A DNA stretch of 64,000 nucleotides from Verrucomicrobiia bacterium. Lineage in GTDB: Bacteria; Omnitrophota; Omnitrophia; Omnitrophales; Aquincolibacteriaceae. A program made the position numbers and the translations under genes. The stretch spans positions 41,763 to 105,762 of the forward strand of contig DATJFP010000088.1 of NCBI GenBank assembly GCA_035495615.1, read 5' to 3'. Below are positions 57,745-64,000 of this stretch, piece by piece. Numbering within the stretch: the first letter of the stretch is position 1; every line of letters begins with the position of its first letter. The notes under the pieces are model-generated. The model was not told where the DNA came from. It was given only the letters and a program-made list of their open reading frames with translations, and made no database searches.

Positions 57745-58242
57745 TCATCTAAAATTCGTAAATTGCAACGGAATGTCAGCGGTGTCCGTGGATAAGCTAT
57801 GAATAACAGCCTGTAATTCGTCTTTGCTTTTGGAGGTTACCCGGATTTCTTCTCCCTGGATGCTCGCCTGCACCTTGTAGTTGCCGTCTTTGATCTTCTT
57901 GATGATGATTTTTGCTTTGTCCTGCGGGATACCGTTTACGATAGTCGCTTCCTGCCTCAGGGTGCCCTCGAAAGCTTTTTCGGGTTCTTGGAATTGCAGG
58001 GCTTTCACAGAGATCCGGCGTGCCGCCATGCGGGTCTTCAAAATGTCCTGGAGGTTTTTTAATTTCAAATCGTCATCGGCGATCAGGCGGATTTTTTTTT
58101 CAACCTTCAAAAACTCAATGGTACTCTTGCTGCCCCGGAAATCGAACCGGTTACGGAGCTCTTTGACGGCCTGATTGACGGCATTGTCGACCTCTTGGAA
58201 GTCAACCGAGGAAACAATATCGAAGGAAAACTGCGAAGGCAT
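57745..58242 (-). CDS. yajQ: YajQ-family nucleotide-binding protein (UPF0234)
   Basis: 165-aa ORF starting MPSQFSFDIVSSVDFQEVDNAVNQAVKELRNRFDFRG and ending ...GEEIRVTSKSKDELQAVIHSL...PLQFTNFR. Matches the YajQ consensus along its whole length. Confidence 0.85.
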   Translation of the reverse strand: MPSQFSFDIVSSVDFQEVDNAVNQAVKELRNRFDFRGSKSTIEFLKVEKKIRLIADDDLKLKNLQDILKTRMAARRISVKALQFQEPEKAFEGTLRQEATIVNGIPQDKAKIIIKKIKDGNYKVQASIQGEEIRVTSKSKDELQAVIHSLSTDTADIPLQFTNFR

Positions 58243-58251
58243 AGCGGAGCT

Positions 58252-58617
58252 TTACGGAACGTTTTTCTTGGCGAAGGATTCGATCTGTTTTTTCAGGAGA
58301 TTCTGGTTGTCGGTGTCCATGTCTTCGAACTCAATGCCGACATCATAGCGAACCTTGCGGTTACGCGAGTTGCCTACCGGAACGATCCAGACAACCTTCC
58401 CCTTACACTCGATGACTTCTTTTTTGCTCCCGAGATCAAGGCGGACCATGCAGCGGCTGAAACGTTCCAGCGAACGGTTAAGGATCACCGCAACGCCGCC
58501 GACGCCCACGTTCTCCGTCATGGAGCTGAGAGGAACGCCCTCTTCGTCGGAACGAATTTGAATTTCGCAATGCAAATTCATCCGGGGAAATTTTCTTTGA
58601 TCAAAGCCGTCCCACAT
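58252..58617 (-). CDS. PilZ-domain protein
   Basis: 121-aa ORF with QRKFPR (RxxxR) and TENVGVGG (D/NxSxGG-like) motifs. Confidence 0.65.
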   Translation of the reverse strand: MWDGFDQRKFPRMNLHCEIQIRSDEEGVPLSSMTENVGVGGVAVILNRSLERFSRCMVRLDLGSKKEVIECKGKVVWIVPVGNSRNRKVRYDVGIEFEDMDTDNQNLLKKQIESFAKKNVP

Positions 58618-58643
58618 GAGCGCCGGGTCCTCTCAAAAGGCTT

Positions 58644-59663
58644 TTAATCCAGGGTCCTGACAAAAGCATCCTGGAATGATTTCGAGGCATTGCCTTTCCG
58701 GAATTTTTCCAAATAGGTCTGAGCCTCGTCCGCGTCGGAAAACCTTCCCAAAAAAACCGAATGATAGACGCGGCCGCTGCGGCTCGAAAGGGCTTTGACA
58801 AATGCCGGGGCGCCGCTGTCTTTAATATCCTGAACAACGCGTTCCGCATCTTGTGCCGTCGCATATGTGGCGACTTGCACGACGTAGCGCTTGCCTGTTT
58901 CAGCCTCGGCTTTCGGAGCATTCGGCTCAGCCTGCGCGGCATTTTCCACCGCAGGAGCTGCGGCGGGCGCGGGCGTTTCCTGTGCGGAAGAGCGTTCTTC
59001 TTCCCCGCGGGCGCGCTCTGCGCGGGAAGCCTTGGCGGGCTTTGCAGCCTGTTTCGTAACGGTCTTTCCCGGGTTTTTCATGGCTCTTTCACGATTCACA
59101 TTCAGCACATGAATTCCGGCGAAAACAGAAATCAGCAGGGCTGCGCCGACGACGCCAAAAAACGCACGCCGTATGGCGGGACGGCGAAAGTCGACGAGTT
59201 TGACCACCTTCCACAGCGACGTGAAAAGGACGATGGCCGCTTTCAAAAGAAATTTTCCGACGGATAGCGCGAACGCCGAGAGATTAGTCCAAAAGGATTG
59301 AGGGATCGAAGGCATTTTGAAAGGCGGCTTTGAGGACTGCGGCTTATTCGCCGCCTTTTGCTGCTTGGATTTTTCCGCTTCTGCGAGCTCTTCAAGGCGG
59401 GCCATGCGGTTGTGATCGCCCTTCGGCTCTTTATTTTCCGGCCTTTGAGTCTGCGGAGCCGGCCCTGAAAAAAGATCTTTGGAAGGCTGTTCTAACGTCG
59501 CGCTTTTCTGGGAAAACCCAAGCCGTTGCATGGGTTTGTTTTGAGGCGGTGTGGACGGCAGCATCGGCGGGCGAAGTTCCCCGTAGAGCTTTTTCTGAAT
59601 GTCGTTCTCGCTTAAAGTGCGTAAACTGCCGTTGCTTTTCTTGCCCTTATTGAACAACCCCAT
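58644..59663 (-). CDS. SPOR-domain membrane protein (septal peptidoglycan binding)
   Basis: 339-aa ORF with a TM segment (AALLISVFAGIHVL), a Pro/Ala/Glu-rich linker and a C-terminal SPOR fold (RYVVQVATYATAQDAERVVQDIKDSGAPAFV...VYHSVFLGRFSDADEAQ). Confidence 0.75.
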   Translation of the reverse strand: MGLFNKGKKSNGSLRTLSENDIQKKLYGELRPPMLPSTPPQNKPMQRLGFSQKSATLEQPSKDLFSGPAPQTQRPENKEPKGDHNRMARLEELAEAEKSKQQKAANKPQSSKPPFKMPSIPQSFWTNLSAFALSVGKFLLKAAIVLFTSLWKVVKLVDFRRPAIRRAFFGVVGAALLISVFAGIHVLNVNRERAMKNPGKTVTKQAAKPAKASRAERARGEEERSSAQETPAPAAAPAVENAAQAEPNAPKAEAETGKRYVVQVATYATAQDAERVVQDIKDSGAPAFVKALSSRSGRVYHSVFLGRFSDADEAQTYLEKFRKGNASKSFQDAFVRTLD

Positions 59664-59680
59664 AAAGAAAGACCGTCCTT

Positions 59681-60178
59681 TTAGAAAGATTCCCCTGATT
59701 TATGGCCGTCCCTCAAGGAAAGGGTAAACTTGAGAAGCTCGATGTCCCCCAGTTGAATCTTGGCGCGCTGCACGAAACCCTTCTTTTGGCAAAGGAGAAT
59801 AGCGCCCTGCATGCGCGACGTCGTCTTGAAGACGAGTTCCTGATAGCCCACTTCCTGGCAAAATTTCAAAGCGCGCTCGAGGAGCTTCTGCCCGATCTGC
59901 TTCTTGCGGTAATCCAACGAAACGAAAAGGCGCCGGAGAAGCGCGATGCGTTCGTCTTCTTTTTTGATGGCGACCGTGCCGATGACTTTGTTGCCGTCTT
60001 CGGCAATGAAAAAAATATCGCCGATATTGCCGTAGGCCTTTTCGATCTGCTCGATATCCGTGATCGGATACGCGCCCTGATCTTCCTTAAACTCGCGCGC
60101 CATGATGGCGGTGATCAGGCCTTTAATCGCTTCCTTGTCATCTTCGCGAAAACGCCGAATGCTGACCGGTTGGCTCAT
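59681..60178 (-). CDS. GNAT-family N-acetyltransferase. Probable start at the internal Met (MSQPVSIRRF...) rather than the ORF-track start at 60262.
   Basis: Acetyl-CoA binding region VIGTVAIKK...LRRLFVSLDYRKKQIGQKLLERA. Using ATG 60176-60178 removes an 83-nt overlap with the upstream ORF. Confidence 0.75.
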   Translation of the reverse strand: MSQPVSIRRFREDDKEAIKGLITAIMAREFKEDQGAYPITDIEQIEKAYGNIGDIFFIAEDGNKVIGTVAIKKEDERIALLRRLFVSLDYRKKQIGQKLLERALKFCQEVGYQELVFKTTSRMQGAILLCQKKGFVQRAKIQLGDIELLKFTLSLRDGHKSGESF

Positions 60179-60179
60179 A

Positions 60180-60461
60180 TTATTTCTTGGCTTTTTCGGC
60201 CGGCGCGGCGGCTTTGGCTTTTTCAGCAGGGGCTCCGGCAGCAGGCGCAGCACCCTTCTCACCCGCGGCAGCTTCTTTCGGACCGCCGGCAGATTTCTTC
60301 ACTTTAATCTTGATGGATTTGTACTTTGGCAGGCCGTAAACGGAAGCCTCTCCGCTCCATTTTCCGTCCGCTTCCATTTTTTTGATGCGCTCGTATTTCT
60401 TCAGCACGTTGCGGTGCTTGACGCCGACGCTGTCGACTTTAAGACTCGGATGCTGTGACAT
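60180..60461 (-). CDS. Small basic protein with a Lys/Ala-rich histone-H1-like C-terminal tail (hypothetical)
   Basis: 93-aa ORF ending ...KVKKSAGGPKEAAAGEKGAAPAAGAPAEKAKAAAPAEKAKK. Strong RBS (AAGGAGAG) 5 nt before the ATG. A sigma70-like promoter lies upstream. Confidence 0.55.
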   Translation of the reverse strand: MSQHPSLKVDSVGVKHRNVLKKYERIKKMEADGKWSGEASVYGLPKYKSIKIKVKKSAGGPKEAAAGEKGAAPAAGAPAEKAKAAAPAEKAKK

Positions 60462-60581
60462 GAACTCTCCTTAGACTAAAAAATTTGGCTAATAGCAGCC
60501 ATGAGTACGGGTTGGCATTTCCGCGGCTCGGCCGCAAATCGGGAACCGCCCGGGACTTCGCATCCCTCTGAAATATCGAGG

Positions 60582-60610
60582 ATTATACTCAATCCCTGCA
60601 CCTTTGGCTA
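60582..60610 (-). promoter_or_regulatory. Candidate sigma70-type promoter for the small basic protein gene
   Basis: On the minus strand: TAGCCA, then 17 nt, then TATAAT (plus-strand tggcta at 60605-60610 and attata at 60582-60587). About 115 nt upstream of ATG 60461. Confidence 0.4.
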
Positions 60611-60726
60611 GATGAAATTGATACTCCCAAACCGTCTTCCCGGCTCTCGAAAGTTACTCCGGATGGGGTCATTTGACGCTAAAGAGTGAAATTGCTAGTG
60701 ACGAACCGGCTAAGGACGGCCGGAGA

Positions 60727-61383
60727 TCAATGCGGCATGTTCCGGACGTACGCGTCCTGAGGGACCAGGTTTTGCACCTTTAAATTTTTGAGCAGAGAGG
60801 TTGCCGCGGACCGGCTCTCGAAAGCATTCACGCAGACTTGCAGGCTCTTGCCGCTGGGAATGACAAATCCCTGGTAGCCTTTGGTGGCCAGCTTTTCGAT
60901 ATGCTTTTGCGCCTGGGACTGGCTTTTATAGGTGACGACCTGAATCGTGTATTTGCCATCGGGCTTTGCGGCCGGCGCGGAAGCGGCTGCCGCAGGCGCA
61001 GCTTCGGCAACGGCGGCCGTCGGAGCTTCGGGTTCGGCTTTGGCAGTGGGAGCAGACGCTTCGATGGCCGGCGCAGCCGTCACGACGGCGGCCGGAGGAT
61101 TCGGAATTTGCGTGGCGTCGATAATAACGGTCTGCTGCCCTTCCGGAAGCACCGTCTTGGCGGGCTCAGCATACCGAGGGTGGATCTCACGCCCCGCGAA
61201 CTGCTTCCCTTTTTCCACGCCCATGCAGAAAACGACCGAGCTGAACACCAGCATGGCGATCATGACGATGAGTGCCTGGTCCAGGCGGATGGTGAACCGG
61301 TATTTTTCGAGGAATGCCGGACGTGTAACAGGGGTTATCGTGGATACCGATGCCGGAATTTTAAATAAGTCTGCTTGAAACAT
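60727..61383 (-). CDS. SPOR-domain membrane protein (second copy)
   Basis: 218-aa ORF with a TM segment (LIVMIAMLVFSSVVF), an Ala/Pro-rich linker and a C-terminal SPOR (KYTIQVVTYKSQSQAQKHIEKLATKGYQGFV...). Confidence 0.75.
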   Translation of the reverse strand: MFQADLFKIPASVSTITPVTRPAFLEKYRFTIRLDQALIVMIAMLVFSSVVFCMGVEKGKQFAGREIHPRYAEPAKTVLPEGQQTVIIDATQIPNPPAAVVTAAPAIEASAPTAKAEPEAPTAAVAEAAPAAAASAPAAKPDGKYTIQVVTYKSQSQAQKHIEKLATKGYQGFVIPSGKSLQVCVNAFESRSAATSLLKNLKVQNLVPQDAYVRNMPH

Positions 61384-61404
61384 AAGGCCTCCCAGTAGGA
61401 ATGA

Positions 61405-62676
61405 TTAGAACGCCTTTATGTTACGGCACAATTCCGCCAGGACATGAGCGCTTTGCCGCACTTTTCTTGCCTGGGTAGCGTAATCGACTTCGACGAGGCC
61501 AAAACGGGGCTTGAATCCGTCTGCCCATTCGAAATTATCCAGAAGCGACCAGTAGAAAAAGCCCATGACGTCCAATCCGTCCTTGCCCGCCCGTTCCAGC
61601 GCGCCCAAATGGGATTTGATGAACGCCTGGCGCTGTTCGTCCTCGTGCGCGCAGATGCCGTTTTCGCAAACCAGAACCGGAAGCCCGTACTGCTTCAGGC
61701 TCATGAGAATGCGGTAAAATCCCTCGGGATAGACTTCCCAGCCCATGGCATTGATTTCCTTGGATTCGCCCGGATGATGCTTTTCATTGCAATCTGAACC
61801 CAGCGGCGTGGGTGCGTCCCCGCCCGCCCTGACGAAATGGCGCGTGTAATAATTCACGCCGATGTAGTCCAACGTGCTCCGTGACGAAATGAATTCGCAG
61901 AAAAGCCCGGGGAAAAACAGGAAGCCATTTGTCAGCGCCTGCAAAAAAAGATGGTTGAAAAACCAGTCGCGCAAAAACGTAAACCACCGGTCTTTCACGC
62001 TCAAAGGATTGCAGGGAGTGAAATCAGACAAATGCTTGGCGATGGAAATCATGGCCCGGGTCCCCAGCGCTTCTTCGTAGTGCTGCTGCATGGCCTCGTA
62101 AGCGCCGACGTGCCCCTGGAGCAAATGGCGGAAAACTTTGACCGCGTCCGGAAAAGTTTTTTTTCCCGGGGGCCACAGTCCCGTGCAATACCCATGAAAA
62201 AGGTAAACCACCGGCTCGTTGATGGTGTTCCAGTAAGTCACGTGGCGGCCCAGGACTTCGGCCACTTTGCGGGCGTATCTTTTGAAATAACGGGGACTTT
62301 CCGGAGAAAGCCAGCCGCCCTTCTCCGCGAGCCATATCGGGTTGGTGAAGTGGTGGAGCGTCACGACCGGTTCGATCCCGAAACGACGCATCTCGAGGAT
62401 CATGTCTTCATAGTGGTGGAAGGCGCTTTCATCCCAGCGGCCTTCTTCCGGTTCGATGCGGCTCCATTCGATGGAAAAGCGGTGAGCATTATGCCCGAGC
62501 TTGGCGATCATCTCGATGTCTTTGCGGTACAGCTCGTATTGGTTGCACGCGAGTTCCGAGCAGGTCCGCACGCGGCCCGCTTTTTCAAAGGCCCACCAGT
62601 CGTTGTTCCGGTTGTTGCCTTCCACCTGGTGGGAGGAAGTCGCGGCGCCCCAGAGAAATAATTTCGATTCGGTCAT
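61405..62676 (-). CDS. Glycoside hydrolase family 1 beta-glucosidase
   Basis: 423-aa ORF starting LFLWGAATSSHQVEGN. Acid/base motif TINEP. Nucleophile motif VLVCENG. C-terminus ends with a FEW motif. Confidence 0.85.
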   Translation of the reverse strand: MTESKLFLWGAATSSHQVEGNNRNNDWWAFEKAGRVRTCSELACNQYELYRKDIEMIAKLGHNAHRFSIEWSRIEPEEGRWDESAFHHYEDMILEMRRFGIEPVVTLHHFTNPIWLAEKGGWLSPESPRYFKRYARKVAEVLGRHVTYWNTINEPVVYLFHGYCTGLWPPGKKTFPDAVKVFRHLLQGHVGAYEAMQQHYEEALGTRAMISIAKHLSDFTPCNPLSVKDRWFTFLRDWFFNHLFLQALTNGFLFFPGLFCEFISSRSTLDYIGVNYYTRHFVRAGGDAPTPLGSDCNEKHHPGESKEINAMGWEVYPEGFYRILMSLKQYGLPVLVCENGICAHEDEQRQAFIKSHLGALERAGKDGLDVMGFFYWSLLDNFEWADGFKPRFGLVEVDYATQARKVRQSAHVLAELCRNIKAF

Positions 62677-62776
62677 GGATCGTTTTCTTTTTGGAGGATT
62701 CAGGAAAGACGTTTCGTACCGATTTCTTCCAGTAAAGATTCGGCCGGTCGCCTTAAAAAATGAAGGATCGAGAAGG

Positions 62777-63412
62777 CTATTCCGCTTTTTTGATCCGCTG
62801 GGGGGGCCACCAGATCAGAAAAGCTTTTCCGACGAGATTGTTGCGGGGGACAAATCCCCAGCTCCGGCTGTCCGCGGAATGCGCGGAGTTGTCGCCCAGG
62901 ACGAAATAACTGTCTTCGGGAACGCGGATGACTTCGTTTTCGAGCCCGAGCCGGCCTTCCTTGACATTGTAATAATAATTCTTGGTGAAGACCTTGTCGT
63001 CGAGGACCTTGCCGTTGATGACGATCTTGCCGTCCTTGATCTCCACCGCTTCGCCAGGCAGTCCGACGAGCCGTTTGACAAAGTCTTTCTTTTTGTCGAG
63101 CGGGTACTTGAAGACAATGATGTCGCCGCGTTCCGGAGGACGGAACCGGTAGCTGATCTTGTCGACGAAAATGCGGTCACCCACAAGGAATGTGGGAATC
63201 ATGGATCCCGTGGGGATCTTGTAGGGACCGAGCAGGAACGTGCGGATCAGGACGGCGAGCACCGCGGCAACCAGGAACGGCTCGCCCCAATTCTTCCATT
63301 TGTCGAAAAGCCATTCTCGCCGGCGCGTCTGGAAACCGCGCCATTCTTCGGCGAGTTTGTGGCGGTAAAGGATGAGAAGACCCAGGGCCGCCAGAGCAAT
63401 CCAAATGATCAT
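62777..63412 (-). CDS. lepB: Signal peptidase I
   Basis: 211-aa ORF with an N-terminal TM, catalytic Ser motif IPTGSMIPT, Lys motif VKRLVGLPGE, and VLGDNSAHSADSRSWGFV. Confidence 0.9.
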   Translation of the reverse strand: MIIWIALAALGLLILYRHKLAEEWRGFQTRRREWLFDKWKNWGEPFLVAAVLAVLIRTFLLGPYKIPTGSMIPTFLVGDRIFVDKISYRFRPPERGDIIVFKYPLDKKKDFVKRLVGLPGEAVEIKDGKIVINGKVLDDKVFTKNYYYNVKEGRLGLENEVIRVPEDSYFVLGDNSAHSADSRSWGFVPRNNLVGKAFLIWWPPQRIKKAE

Positions 63413-64000
63413 GTGTCCACCTTGAGGACGGTGATAAAGGCTTCCTGAGGCAGATCAATCCGCCCCACCTTCTTCATCCGCTTCTTGCCTTCCTTTTGTT
63501 TTTCCCAGAGCTTGCGCTTGCGTGTGATGTCGCCGCCATAGCACTTGCTGGTCACATTCTTTTTCAGCGGCCCAATCGATTCGCGCGCGATGATCTTGCT
63601 GCCGACTGCGGCCTGGATCACGACCTCGAAGAGCTGCCTTGGGATCACTTCCTTCAATTTCTCGGCCAGTATCTTCCCGCGCTGGTAGGCCCTTTCCCGG
63701 ACCACGATGCTCGAAAGCGCGTCCACGGGCTCGTCATTGATCAAGATGTCGAGCTTCACCAGCTTGGATTCCTGCGGCTTGATGAAATCATAATTCAGCG
63801 AGCCGTAGCCCGACGTCGCAGATTTGATTTTATCATAAAAATCCATGACGACTTCGGCAAAAGGAATTTCGTAGATGAGCATGACACGCGTCTGGTCCAG
63901 ATATTCCGTGCTCTTATAAATTCCGCGCCGGTCCTGGCATAATTGCATGATGATGCCGATGTTGGCAACAGGAATAATAATGTTGGCGCGGATGAAGGGC
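63409..64000 (-). CDS. lepA: Elongation factor 4 (LepA), C-terminal part. N-terminus beyond the window end.
   Basis: C-terminal LepA region ...LVKLDILINDEPVDALSSIVVRERAYQRGKILAEKLKEVIPRQLFEVVIQAAVGSKIIARESI...KKVGRIDLPQEAFITVLKV. Overlaps lepB by 4 nt (classic lepA-lepB arrangement). Confidence 0.85.
   Translation of the reverse strand, partial: PFIRANIIIPVANIGIIMQLCQDRRGIYKSTEYLDQTRVMLIYEIPFAEVVMDFYDKIKSATSGYGSLNYDFIKPQESKLVKLDILINDEPVDALSSIVVRERAYQRGKILAEKLKEVIPRQLFEVVIQAAVGSKIIARESIGPLKKNVTSKCYGGDITRKRKLWEKQKEGKKRMKKVGRIDLPQEAFITVLKVDT

Noticed and set aside
60180-60262. 83-nt overlap between the GNAT ORF (59681..60262) and the small basic protein ORF (60180..60461)
   Set aside because: Resolved by starting the GNAT at its internal Met (ATG 60176-60178, MSQPVSIRRF...). 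This leaves a 1-nt gap. The ORF-track N-terminal extension (MRRVLRLLPEPLLKKPKPPRRPKK) is low-complexity and likely untranslated.
48849-63942. Plus-strand ORFs in the housekeeping region (e.g. 48849..49256, 50275..50913, 52256..53536, 59702..60307, 61951..62661, 62501..63448)
   Set aside because: Each lies antisense to a well-supported minus-strand gene with clear family motifs (receiver, HisKA, AMP-binding, GH1, S26). Their translations are low-complexity and motif-free.
1-64000. Transposases, integrases, phage genes, toxin-antitoxin pairs, CRISPR-cas
   Set aside because: None of the minus-strand products outside the giant gene, or the hand-translated parts of it, show DDE or tyrosine-recombinase motifs or phage structural signatures. 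No short direct-repeat arrays were seen.

Overview
All real coding in this 64-kb window is on the minus strand. Positions 48530 down to 1 form one uninterrupted reading frame (at least 16,176 codons) that runs off the window edge: a giant gene. It begins with ATG at 48528-48530, where the minus-strand translation reads MIDWQTRRAKPWLRTVALLVALIFIVHDVVWADGGG... This frame has the expected coding properties: GC-rich third positions (about 80%), diverse protein-like composition and recognisable motifs. The 14 long plus-strand ORFs between 165 and 48656 all share a single reading frame and have antisense-like composition (rich in F, H, Q and R, poor in K). They are the shadow of this one minus-strand gene. 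No minus-strand ORF in that register appears in the ORF track; I read that as meaning the frame has no internal stop and the whole ORF was omitted because it is partial at the window edge.

Within the giant protein I can support seven things: an N-terminal membrane anchor; a tandem array of about seven 501-bp (167-aa) Ala/Glu/Arg-rich repeats at about 37.9-41.5 kb; a duplicated ~110-aa module near 31.1-31.6 kb; a PP2C-type phosphatase-like module at about 33.5-34.2 kb; a second hydrophobic helix followed by a proline-rich linker at about 26.8-27.2 kb; a cytidylate-kinase-like P-loop module in frame at the window edge (1-290); and GC content well above that of the flanks.

The giant gene is immediately preceded, in the same orientation, by a response regulator, a hybrid sensor kinase and a second response regulator, plus a tRNA-Ala(CGC). 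Upstream of these (higher coordinates) is an ordinary chromosomal neighbourhood of about 50-55% GC. It encodes an alpha/beta hydrolase, an acyl-CoA synthetase, a cNMP-binding patatin phospholipase, a PilZ-YajQ-PilZ trio of likely c-di-GMP effectors, two SPOR proteins, a GNAT, a GH1 beta-glucosidase, and lepB and lepA. I found no CRISPR arrays or mobile elements.
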